DNA of 64,000 bases, from assembly GCA_965231125.1 (NCBI GenBank), contig OZ246414.1, forward strand, positions 145,739-209,738. The letters are read 5' to 3'. Under the pieces are notes generated by a model. That model ran no database searches. It was not told the origin of the DNA and saw nothing but the letters and a program-made list of their open reading frames with translations. Origin of the DNA: an uncultured Gammaproteobacteria bacterium. Lineage in GTDB: Bacteria > Patescibacteriota > Microgenomatia > Woykebacterales > RBG-16-39-9b. Positions within the stretch are counted from its first letter, which is position 1. Every line of letters begins with the position of its first letter. Both the position numbers and the translations under genes were made by a program. Positions 1 through 8,697 of the stretch are shown piece by piece.

Positions 1-413
1 CTGAGAAAGCAGTCAAAAAGAAAGTTAACTTTATCCTTGAAATACCTAAGCAGGATTTACCAAAAATAGAGATTGATGAAAATCGTATCACCCAGGCTTT
101 TGAAGGGTTACTCGATAACGCTGTAAAATTTAGTCGAGAAGGCGGCAAAATTACCGTTGGGTTGGAAGAAAAAAACAGGGAGTTGCTCGTTTCGATAAAA
201 GATACTGGTATTGGTATTTCTAAGGAAGAGTCAGCAAAAGTCTTTAAAAAATTCCACCGGGCGACAGACACTCTCACGTACAATTTTGAAGGAATTGGCT
301 TGGGCCTTTATCTGGCTAAATTGATAATTGAGGCCCACCGCGGTAAGATTTGGTTTGAGTCGGAGCTAGGCAAAGGTTCCACTTTCTACGTAAGCCTGCC
401 GGTTAGAGTCTAG
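1..413 (+). CDS. Sensor histidine kinase, C-terminal HATPase domain (5'-truncated by window edge)
   Basis: N-box-like LLDNAVKFS upstream, then DTGIGIS, G.GLGLYLAK, HRGKIWFES..GKGSTFYVSLP motifs. Confidence 0.9.
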   Translation, partial: EKAVKKKVNFILEIPKQDLPKIEIDENRITQAFEGLLDNAVKFSREGGKITVGLEEKNRELLVSIKDTGIGISKEESAKVFKKFHRATDTLTYNFEGIGLGLYLAKLIIEAHRGKIWFESELGKGSTFYVSLPVRV

Positions 414-1119
414 GCAGATATTTTTGGGGTTCTACATTATTTCCGTCGAAATAGAGCTCAAGGTGAAGGTGAGGGCCGGTGGCGTCTCCGGTTGCGCCGA
501 TAAGACCAATAGTCGTTCCCTTGGTAACCTTCTTACCTTTCTTCACTAAAATTTTTGAAAGATGGGCGTAGCGAGAAGAGAAACCGTCCGCGTGTTTTAT
601 CACCACAGTATAGCCGTACCCATCGTTTTCCCAGACGGCGCTGACAACTGTCCCGGTAGCAACCGGCTTAATCGGGGCCCCATACGGGTTAGGAATATCA
701 ATTGCTCGGTGTAAATACCAAAAACCTTGAGAAGGCGAACCCTTAACTGGTCTTTGGAATATTGGCGCGCGGGATACACTTATAGAATCGGTAAAGGCTA
801 TCTTGTTTACGACTATCGGCGCCGGGTTATTAACAGGAGCGGCTGCCGTAAGAGCCGGCAGAGCACTGAAACTGATAACAAAGAATCCAAAAATATGGCT
901 TCGCAACGCCCGGTTGAGAGCCGTAAAAGATTTTTTAGTCCAAGCAGACGCCGCCCCAGTCGTAACCAAAGCGTCAGCCAAAATCACACGAGAGGTGTAA
1001 TTTGCAGCTTTGATGGTTCGGGGAGAGAGTTGGACACGAAGAAATGCGTTATTGAGTTTTGCTTTTCGCTGGGGCAGAGAGCGCCCTTCGACAAGCTCCG
1101 GGTGTCTCTTTTTCAACAT
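403..1119 (-). CDS. M23 family metallopeptidase (start uncertain)
   Basis: HRAIDI, YAHLS, TGPHLHLE motifs; hydrophobic segment upstream; ATG at 1119 chosen tentatively. Confidence 0.85.
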   Translation of the reverse strand: MLKKRHPELVEGRSLPQRKAKLNNAFLRVQLSPRTIKAANYTSRVILADALVTTGAASAWTKKSFTALNRALRSHIFGFFVISFSALPALTAAAPVNNPAPIVVNKIAFTDSISVSRAPIFQRPVKGSPSQGFWYLHRAIDIPNPYGAPIKPVATGTVVSAVWENDGYGYTVVIKHADGFSSRYAHLSKILVKKGKKVTKGTTIGLIGATGDATGPHLHLELYFDGNNVEPQKYLPRL

Positions 1120-1382
1120 AAACTCCGCCAGAAGGCGGAGATATAAAAAATCTCCCACGCTTTGGGAGACAGAAGGATTTTAACAGACTTTTAGCCGCTT
1201 GTCAACACTGCGAAGCTTCAAGCGAAGTAGTGTCAAATTTTTGACTTTTAAAAGTTAGCCTTTTCGCCTCGCTATGATATAATCGCAAGATTACATCTTG
1301 CTCGTGCATCGCAGGAGCGATTAAATCGCAGATTAAATCTGCGCTTGCATCACAAGAGTGATATAATATTTAAAGCTAAAAT

Positions 1383-1456
1383 GGCGACGTGACCGAGTGG
1401 CTAGGTAGAGGTCTGCAAAACCTTTTACGGCGGTTCGAATCCGCTCGTCGCCTCCA
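1383..1456 (+). tRNA. tRNA-Cys(GCA)
   Basis: GGCGACG/CGTCGCC acceptor, loop CTGCAAA, GGTTCGAATCC T-arm, U73, encoded CCA. Confidence 0.95.
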
Positions 1457-1472
1457 CAAACCCCGCGGAAAC

Positions 1473-1501
1473 TTGACTTTAACCTATAGTTATGCTATAA
1501 T
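1473..1501 (+). promoter_or_regulatory. Sigma70-type promoter for orphan gene
   Basis: TTGACT-17 nt-TATAAT with extended TG. Confidence 0.7.
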
Positions 1502-1596
1502 TTATGGTGTTCTCGCAAGAGGACAGCACTTTCAGAATTGCAGTTGATAGTTGTGGAGGCTACCACTGCATAGATAAAGAAAGGAGAAATCGGTAC

Positions 1597-2358
1597 ATGG
1601 CACGGACACGAAAAGCTGAACCAGTGTGGGAGTGGACTTTCGACCTGGCCAAGTGGCCCCACGGGACCTTCTTCGGTCGCAGGTGGTTGGAGTTCCACCA
1701 CGGGTACATAGTTCAGCCGCCAAACGGCTGCATCTACTCCTGGACCTGTGTGTGGGCTACCATTGCCTGGGCCTTCGACAAGGTTCTCAGTGGGATCAAA
1801 AAGGCTCCCTTCCGACTCCTGAAGGCCGTCATGCAACAGCGTGCGGCTAAGAGACCAAAGCCTGTTCTCTCGCCTGGTCGAACCAGCCATGCGACCTTCG
1901 TCGCGCCGCCCAAGGTGGCCATAAGGTCATACGAGCGGCAGAGAGCCAAGGTCGAGCGGCAAACGCCGTTCATCCTTAGGTTCATCGGTAGGTACATACT
2001 GCACCCCGTGTTCCTGGGTCGGTACTCACCATTCCGACTGCTTGGTCGAGGACTGCTGGTCGTCCTGATCCCTGTTGACCGCTTCATGCGGAGGAACGAG
2101 GATGCCGTATTCCCCGTGATGATAACCGTCGGTGTATTGGCGCTCATCGTGATTGCCTTCATCAACGAGCCCATCATCACGGCGATCGTCCTCGGCACAA
2201 TCTTTACACTCATAGTGCTGCTGGTCTTGCTGAGGCTTTTCCTTGACAGTGAGTTCGGGAGAGTGGTCATCGGCATGGCGACAGCGACCAAAGACCGCCT
2301 GTGCCCTGGGACCAAACTGATAGACACTCGGTCTGGCCCCTCCACTTCGGCTGCGTAA
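1597..2358 (+). CDS. Hypothetical membrane protein (GC-rich orphan)
   Basis: AAGGAG SD before ATG 1597; two hydrophobic helices near the C-terminus; no family recognised. Confidence 0.7.
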   Translation: MARTRKAEPVWEWTFDLAKWPHGTFFGRRWLEFHHGYIVQPPNGCIYSWTCVWATIAWAFDKVLSGIKKAPFRLLKAVMQQRAAKRPKPVLSPGRTSHATFVAPPKVAIRSYERQRAKVERQTPFILRFIGRYILHPVFLGRYSPFRLLGRGLLVVLIPVDRFMRRNEDAVFPVMITVGVLALIVIAFINEPIITAIVLGTIFTLIVLLVLLRLFLDSEFGRVVIGMATATKDRLCPGTKLIDTRSGPSTSAA

Positions 2359-2439
2359 GCACCGAGAGCCAAGGCCGAACTATCAACAGAGACAGAGCCA
2401 CGCAAGTGGTGATTGGGGTGAAACCAATCTTAAATCTGA

Positions 2440-2545
2440 TTTCCTAAGACAATCTTTAATCTAAGGTTGGTTTAGGAGGGAAAACGACTCGGTCCATTCT
2501 TCGCATAAAGCTGCGAAGGATTGGCAAAAGGGTCGTTTTTCTTTT
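2440..2545 (+). terminator. Two-hairpin 3' element ending in an intrinsic terminator (copy 1)
   Basis: GAAAACGACTC...GGGTCGTTTTTCTTTT stem with U-tract; related to 11718-11786. Confidence 0.7.
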
Positions 2546-2591
2546 GAAAAGGTTTAAGAACAGTTTCAACCTACTTAGTTCATTTAACTAG

Positions 2592-2807
2592 TTAAATAGA
2601 TAATAAACGAAAAGGAATTTCCTCGCCTTCAGCCGCTAAACTTTCGACATGAAATTTTATCAGAGCTTTTACGTTTTTCAGGGCCTCTTCAAGAGTATCA
2701 CCATCATCCGCAAGACCTAGTGTCGGACAATAGGCGGTGAAACATTGTTGGCCGGCTCCAACTCTTTTATCTGGTTCAACCACCACCCGGTAAGTTAGAT
2801 CTTTCAT
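2592..2807 (-). CDS. HicB-like antitoxin domain protein (no adjacent hicA)
   Basis: YRVVVEPD...AYCPTLG...GDTLEEALKNVK...EGEEIP HicB pattern. Confidence 0.75.
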   Translation of the reverse strand: MKDLTYRVVVEPDKRVGAGQQCFTAYCPTLGLADDGDTLEEALKNVKALIKFHVESLAAEGEEIPFRLLSI

Positions 2808-2846
2808 ACGCTGCTATTCTAAGTTAAAAAGAGGATAAAAACAAGG

Positions 2847-3944
2847 CTAGATTTTCTTGGCAAATCCTGCGGCTATCCAGCCGGAAGATTTTGAGGAGAT
2901 GGAAATTTTATACCAGCCACTCTTCTCAGCCAATACTTCAAAAGTATCCCCTGGTTTTACCTTTTTAACTATTGGAAAACTGGTTCCTGGACCGGAGCGA
3001 ACATTCAAAAACCCGTTTGGTGTTGCAAGAATCTTTACTTTTGGCGCTGCGGCTTTTCCGCCCAAAAGTTTTCCCCAGGCGGCTTTCGCCTTGGTCGAAA
3101 GCTTCCCGGCGGAATCACTCAAGTAACCGACCGTAACAGCCTTTTTCTTTGAATAAGTCGGGTCCAGTGTATAAGTCTTACCGTTTGCGTCAATTAATAA
3201 ATCAAATTTCCGCGGCACATCTTGCCCACTCGTCTGGAAATACCAGATCGCCTGCGCCCAAGCAGAAAAATCGCTAGTTAAATTAAGGTTTCCGGCCGAG
3301 AGATCAAAAAGGGAATATTTCCCCTTGCTTTCAAGTTTTTTATTTTGCGGATATGGAGAGATGGCAAGTGAAACTGAGGCAGTCAGTCGAAAACCATCTT
3401 GGATGTTTATTCCAATTTCTCGGGTGACGTAGCCTTCTTTGGAAACTTTAAGGGTGTGGACACCTGGACTAACGACTGATGAAAGCGGGGCGGCACCAAC
3501 CCCTTCCCCGTCAATAAAAACTCCGGTACCTTCGGGATTGGTAGTAATTGAAATCCCAGCACCCTTGCGAAGCGCCAAAGTTTCCCCAGAAGCAAAGAGC
3601 GCATCGGGCGCAAAATTATACCGGACAACGGTGACGGCCGAAGGGTAAAGGTCGATTTTTTGATTGAAAGAGACTGTCCTTGCGCTAGCAGAAGCCTGCC
3701 GAGAATTTGAAAAAGTGGGAACTTGGGCAGTTAACGTTAAATCATAACTACCAACCTTAAGGTTCTTTTCCTGGAGAGGAGTTGCCCCAAGACTCTGTCC
3801 GCCTAGGCCCACCATGGCTTCTGGATTAGCCTCAATTTTGAGAAATCCTTGGGGCGCTCGTATGGCCGGAACGAAATACTGATAAACAAAAAAACCAGCT
3901 ATTAAAACAAGGAGAAATGTTAACAGTTGAGCCGGCCTTTTCAT
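2847..3944 (-). CDS. PEGA-domain protein with C-terminal SH3b domain
   Basis: N-terminal TM; PEGA-like repeats (ITTNPEGTGVFIDG, GVHTLKVSKEGY); LNVRSGPGT...GWYKI...GWI. Confidence 0.85.
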   Translation of the reverse strand: MKRPAQLLTFLLVLIAGFFVYQYFVPAIRAPQGFLKIEANPEAMVGLGGQSLGATPLQEKNLKVGSYDLTLTAQVPTFSNSRQASASARTVSFNQKIDLYPSAVTVVRYNFAPDALFASGETLALRKGAGISITTNPEGTGVFIDGEGVGAAPLSSVVSPGVHTLKVSKEGYVTREIGINIQDGFRLTASVSLAISPYPQNKKLESKGKYSLFDLSAGNLNLTSDFSAWAQAIWYFQTSGQDVPRKFDLLIDANGKTYTLDPTYSKKKAVTVGYLSDSAGKLSTKAKAAWGKLLGGKAAAPKVKILATPNGFLNVRSGPGTSFPIVKKVKPGDTFEVLAEKSGWYKISISSKSSGWIAAGFAKKI

Positions 3945-4007
3945 AGACCAGAGAAGGATAGCACACTAGGTAAGGCTCGTAAACTACCCAACCCGAGCTT
4001 GTTTTAA

Positions 4008-4580
4008 ATGGCAAAAATTGCTAAATTAGAACTAATGTCCAAAACCCACCCAGTTAAGTTTCTAGATGAGTTTATTCTTCCGGCTGTCGTGGTTGTCGGA
4101 ACAAAATACATAAGCGTCTTCTTGGTGGCGGCAATCTTTTCTTATAGTTGGAAACCTGGGTTCCACCTCTTCCAAATTTTCTCTATACCCTTCGTTGAAT
4201 TTGCGAACCAGCAATCTTTAATTGTAGTTAACTCAATTTCGTCTTTAGTAACCAGCCTTGTTTTGGCCGCCGGTTTCACTTGGGTGTTTTTCCGGATGCA
4301 GTACTTTCACGAAGATTTTTTGCCCCCGAAAGTTTCTTCAAAGTTGTACCAAAAAAAGATGGAGTTTTTAATAATTAGCGACCGGGAAGCCGCTCACCAA
4401 GTAACTGCGTGGTTTTTAATTGGAGCCGGGGTGTTTCTTTTAAATCTACTCGGATTTCTGGCGGGCAACCTTGTTCTCTTTGTTTTAGTGATTAGTACCA
4501 GTACTACTTTCTTTCTGAGCACCCTGACTATCCTTGATATGACGAGAAAAGGATCTAGCCTGCACCAAGGACGTAGATGA
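4008..4580 (+). CDS. Hypothetical multi-pass membrane protein
   Basis: Four hydrophobic segments; fills the gap between minus-strand genes. Confidence 0.65.
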   Translation: MAKIAKLELMSKTHPVKFLDEFILPAVVVVGTKYISVFLVAAIFSYSWKPGFHLFQIFSIPFVEFANQQSLIVVNSISSLVTSLVLAAGFTWVFFRMQYFHEDFLPPKVSSKLYQKKMEFLIISDREAAHQVTAWFLIGAGVFLLNLLGFLAGNLVLFVLVISTSTTFFLSTLTILDMTRKGSSLHQGRR

Positions 4581-5484
4581 TGAATACTACGGATCCTAAC
4601 CACAGTAAGATAGTGGCCAGAAGTGGAAAATCCTTAACCAGGGTCTTCTCCGGAGAATCCTCCCCTGTCCCCTCAAAAATCAGAAAAAGGTACCTTAATA
4701 TTCCGTAGACAACTAAGGGAATTGTGAGCATCAGCCATTTTGGATAGGCCAAGGTTCGAGGTAGAAAAGAAAAAACGAATGCTTTGTTGTGTAGCTCCAG
4801 CTCATTGAAGGTAAAGAGGCTGTAAGTTATTAAGCAAGCCGCACCCATCATAAAAGTTATTCCGTCCAAAAATCGTTCCGGGTATTGGTAAAGGGTTTCA
4901 CGGTGTTTGCCAGCAAGGTGGTGGGTTAGTAGAGTGAGTTCGGCGCGTCTTTTACCGGCAGCCAGTAGCAACGAGAGCATGATTGTAGTGAGTATTAACC
5001 AAGAAGATAGTGGCACGACAACTACAAAACTTCCGGCGAAGACTCTTAGTATAAAAGTTATCGCAATTGTCACAATGTCCAGTAAAATTGTAAATTTCAG
5101 GACTAGATTGTAAAGAAGCTGAACAATAACAAACGCTAAAGCCACACTAAAAAAGTAGTAAGAAAGCTTGAAACTTAGAAAAAGTCCAACTGCAGTTAAG
5201 ATAGTAGCAATAATGACGGCAAGTTGGGGAGAAAGTAAGCCAGACGCTATCGGCCGAGATTTTTTATACACGTGAATTTTGTCTCTTTGCCGGTCGACCG
5301 AGTCGTTTATTAGGTACATTGCGGATGATAAGATGTTCATTAGCCAAAATGCCCAGAAGACTGGCCAAAAAAACTCTGGTTTAAATAAATCTCTAGAAAA
5401 TAAAATTGCGGCGAAAAGAGCTGTGTTTTTTAACCACTGCAGGGGTCTTAAACTAAGAAAAATTGGGTAAAGGTTTCCTTTCAT
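4555..5484 (-). CDS. UbiA family prenyltransferase (decaprenyl-phosphate phosphoribosyltransferase-like)
   Basis: RPLQWLKN, YLINDSVDRQRDKIH..KKSRPIASG, GKRRAEL motifs. Confidence 0.9.
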   Translation of the reverse strand: MKGNLYPIFLSLRPLQWLKNTALFAAILFSRDLFKPEFFWPVFWAFWLMNILSSAMYLINDSVDRQRDKIHVYKKSRPIASGLLSPQLAVIIATILTAVGLFLSFKLSYYFFSVALAFVIVQLLYNLVLKFTILLDIVTIAITFILRVFAGSFVVVVPLSSWLILTTIMLSLLLAAGKRRAELTLLTHHLAGKHRETLYQYPERFLDGITFMMGAACLITYSLFTFNELELHNKAFVFSFLPRTLAYPKWLMLTIPLVVYGILRYLFLIFEGTGEDSPEKTLVKDFPLLATILLWLGSVVFIIYVLGAG

Positions 5485-6578
5485 GTTTTAAATTTAAGCC
5501 TCCGGTTCAAAGTTGCGATGGTTATTAAGACGGCAAGGAGAATGATAAAAATCATTATGATTGCAAAAAATTTACCTCTGCTTCCAAGTGTTAAAGCAAA
5601 GGCGGCGAGTACTATAGTAACAAAATAATAAAATAGGGCTATCTGCGGTATTTTCCAACCAAGGTTCAAAAGTTGATGGTGAAGATGTTCGCGATCTCCC
5701 CAAACTGGAAGCCGCCTTTTCAGAACCCTTCTTCCGATTGCCCACACCCCGTCCATTAAAGGTACTGCCAGAACAATTAATACTACGGCGAGTTTTCCGC
5801 CTGCTAAAATTGAAAGGACGGCGATCAAGAAACCGGCCAGTGCCCCACCGCTATAACCGGGCATAATTTTTTGGGGGTAAAAGCTCCACGGTAAGAACCC
5901 CAAATAAGCTCCAGCTGTCGCAAAAGCGAGTACCGCAAGAGGTATTTGGGTGGGATCAACGGCAAGGTATTTAGTAGCTACAAACCCCAGAGTAACGGCG
6001 GCGATTGCCGCTATCCCCGAAAGTTGACCATCCACGCCCGAAGACCAGTTAAGAGCGTTTATAAGCCAGGCAATCCACACAAAAGCAAATAAGTCCGCCA
6101 AAAGAATAATTGAGTGAGTACCGCCAAAAATCGCTCCGTTGGGTACAACAACTTTGATTATAAACTCATCGAAGCGAATTTGCCCGCCGAAAGGATTAAA
6201 GATCGAGGTTATGCCGACTCCAAAAGCAACCACAACCCCCGCCGCCAAGAAATTGCTCGCCAGTCGAATATATGGGTTTAGGTCGAGTTTATCATCTAGG
6301 ACCCCGACTACTACCACAACCCCCGCCCCGAGAAAAACGCCAACCAGCTGTTTAGTGATTAAATGAGCGTTCAAAAGAGTGAAAAAAAAGTAGGTGGCGA
6401 ATATTGAAATCAAGACTGCCACCCCGCCACCACGGGGTATAGGTTTATTGTGAATAATAGCCGGGTGAGGTCTATCCGGATAATCGACGATATTTAGGTT
6501 TTTAGCAAATTTTATAACTGTCGGCGTTACAAGAAGCGAGATTATAAACCCTACGCCTACCGCCCAATATGTGTTCAT
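5481..6578 (-). CDS. MraY/WecA/TagO family phosphosugar transferase (GT4 membrane)
   Basis: PIPRGGG, GVLDDK, NALNWSSGVDG, GDREHLHH motifs. Confidence 0.9.
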   Translation of the reverse strand: MNTYWAVGVGFIISLLVTPTVIKFAKNLNIVDYPDRPHPAIIHNKPIPRGGGVAVLISIFATYFFFTLLNAHLITKQLVGVFLGAGVVVVVGVLDDKLDLNPYIRLASNFLAAGVVVAFGVGITSIFNPFGGQIRFDEFIIKVVVPNGAIFGGTHSIILLADLFAFVWIAWLINALNWSSGVDGQLSGIAAIAAVTLGFVATKYLAVDPTQIPLAVLAFATAGAYLGFLPWSFYPQKIMPGYSGGALAGFLIAVLSILAGGKLAVVLIVLAVPLMDGVWAIGRRVLKRRLPVWGDREHLHHQLLNLGWKIPQIALFYYFVTIVLAAFALTLGSRGKFFAIIMIFIILLAVLITIATLNRRLKFKT

Positions 6579-6584
6579 AGGTAG

Positions 6585-6923
6585 CTACAACACCAGGAAT
6601 ATTATTTTGACCAGAGCGTAACTCGCGATAATTCCAAAAATTGGGACCGACCAAAAAAGCAGCCGCTTAAGAATTGTTGATTCTAGGTTTTTAGCTAAAG
6701 CCCAATTCAAGATTAAAATGGAGATTGAAAGGAGAGGCACGAGCCAGAGAAAAGCGGGGTTTGCCAATCTTTGGGGGCCCCAGACTCGTGAGTACCAAAG
6801 CGGAATTTGGGGCGGTAGTCTGCCGATTGTTAGCAAAAGTAGAAGGGACGAGACAAAAACAACCAATTGGCAGATCAGGGCAGAAACCGCGTTATACGAG
6901 TTTAAAATTTTAGAAGCCTTCAT
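6585..6923 (-). CDS. Small membrane protein (DUF1648-like)
   Basis: LPPQIPLWYS..WG motif; three TM segments. Confidence 0.6.
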   Translation of the reverse strand: MKASKILNSYNAVSALICQLVVFVSSLLLLLTIGRLPPQIPLWYSRVWGPQRLANPAFLWLVPLLSISILILNWALAKNLESTILKRLLFWSVPIFGIIASYALVKIIFLVL

Positions 6924-7010
6924 AGTAGTGTAATCTAAAAACGCAAACTGATTATAATTTTTCTAAGTGACTTTTGTCCAACCCTTGTTTGGGCAAGGTA
7001 CTTATCTAAG

Positions 7011-8654
7011 TCAGGGAATTTTATAAATGAAGATGCTATAGCCAGCCTTAGCAGCTCCCTCGTATTTATCCACGACCCAAGAATAATTGTCCTTTCGACC
7101 TTGATGGTAGGTAATGACTGATGTGGATAAAGCTAAGTAACCTTTATAGCTTGTGTCCGCCGGTGAAATAGCAGTTACGGGAATTTTGTAGTAGTTTGCA
7201 GCGTACATGCCGGTGTAGTTGTCAAAAGCAATGGATTTAATATTGTTTTTTTGGACGTAAGAGGCTAGACGTTTCACATCCTGGCCCCAGTCGTAGTTGG
7301 AATCGTCAGAAATTTTCCAACCGTTTTGGCTTCCCCCGAAAGCAACATTGTAGTAACTAAGAAATCCTGGAAAGGTGGTTGCTACGGACCAGACTCTTCC
7401 CCCGAAAATTACAAGTGTTAATGCAGCCGCCAAAACTAAGCCCGCCCGCCCGCCTTTTAACAAATAATTTATTAGAAAGGCGAACGCAGCTGAGGCAAAG
7501 AGGATCATAAACAAATAGAAAGGCAAAACATGTCTCACGCCTATATTTAATTTTGCACTTAGGGCCAAAGCCAAGAAGACTACGTACGGAAGAGAAATTA
7601 AGACAAGACCCTTTCCTTTAAGGGGAAATTTCTTTAAAGTAGTAAGAGTCAACGAGAAAGTAAAAAGGGCAAGAGTAAGAAGTTGGGTTTTAGCTAAGAC
7701 AAGTACGGGGAAATAGTACCAACGACTCCCGTAGTAGCCTTCTCCAAGAAGATAAGAGAAGCGTTGGTCCGAAGTTAACTGATGTTGAACCAGAAAAGCA
7801 CCTTTAAAGAACTCATAAGGGAAAAACCCGATCGGTCCTTGGTCACGGAAAGATATTAGTCCGTAGAAAAGGGAGATAGCTGCCGAAACGCCAACTACGA
7901 CGAAAATTAAATGTCGCCACGGCCGGCTTGACTGGGTTAAATAAATCCAAGTCATTAAGACCAAAGTTAGCGGGAGCAGATAGAGGGCAGAATATTTGCT
8001 TAGTAAAGCAACACTCAACGATAGTATCAGGAATATAAGGTTCTTGATAGATTGAGACTCCCTGTAGAGAAAAAGAGCAAAAATAGAAGTCAAAATGAAA
8101 CCGGCCGCAGCAGTATCGGTGTTGACGAATCGTCCGTGAGCTAAAATGTTGGGCTCCGTTGCGTAAAGGAAGGTGGCTGTCAAGGCAGCCGCCAGGCCGA
8201 ATAATCTTTTGGCAAACAAAAAAACCAATAAACCAAAAAGAGTTGTTAGGGCAATCAGCGGAAGCCTGGCTGAAAATAAAATTGCATCTGGATTATTTCC
8301 CGAATAGTTCAAAAATCGCCTTGAGGCATCGTACATTTTTCCAACGTCAAGGGTTCTTTTTTGAGTTACGAAGTTGGGATCCCCTTGTTCGAATTTAATA
8401 TCTTGAAAGACCAGTGGAGCAGCTGCTAAAGATTTGACTAAAAGAGGGTGCTCCGGGTCGATATAATCTTTCCCGAATTTTAAGGCCGCATAGCCAGATA
8501 GGATGTGAGGTGGCTCATCACTTGTTGGGGCATCATTTTTCGCAGAGGCAAACATAACAACCCCCATACTTACTAAAATCAATATTAAAATTACACTGAC
8601 GAGAAATTTTCGCCGGTTAAGAAAATCGTCAATTTTGAGAGAAGCCTGGTGCAT
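7011..8654 (-). CDS. GT-C (PMT/ArnT-like) membrane glycosyltransferase
   Basis: PTSDEPPH, EHPLLVK, DSNYDWGQD motifs; many TM helices. Confidence 0.85.
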   Translation of the reverse strand: MHQASLKIDDFLNRRKFLVSVILILILVSMGVVMFASAKNDAPTSDEPPHILSGYAALKFGKDYIDPEHPLLVKSLAAAPLVFQDIKFEQGDPNFVTQKRTLDVGKMYDASRRFLNYSGNNPDAILFSARLPLIALTTLFGLLVFLFAKRLFGLAAALTATFLYATEPNILAHGRFVNTDTAAAGFILTSIFALFLYRESQSIKNLIFLILSLSVALLSKYSALYLLPLTLVLMTWIYLTQSSRPWRHLIFVVVGVSAAISLFYGLISFRDQGPIGFFPYEFFKGAFLVQHQLTSDQRFSYLLGEGYYGSRWYYFPVLVLAKTQLLTLALFTFSLTLTTLKKFPLKGKGLVLISLPYVVFLALALSAKLNIGVRHVLPFYLFMILFASAAFAFLINYLLKGGRAGLVLAAALTLVIFGGRVWSVATTFPGFLSYYNVAFGGSQNGWKISDDSNYDWGQDVKRLASYVQKNNIKSIAFDNYTGMYAANYYKIPVTAISPADTSYKGYLALSTSVITYHQGRKDNYSWVVDKYEGAAKAGYSIFIYKIP

Positions 8655-8697
8655 TAATTGAAAGTTGTTTTAAAAGAAAAAGCTTCTACAACGGTTG

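Noticed and set aside
1456-2830. Integrated element at the tRNA-Cys 3' end
   Set aside because: No integrase and no duplicated tRNA 3' end (att) found downstream
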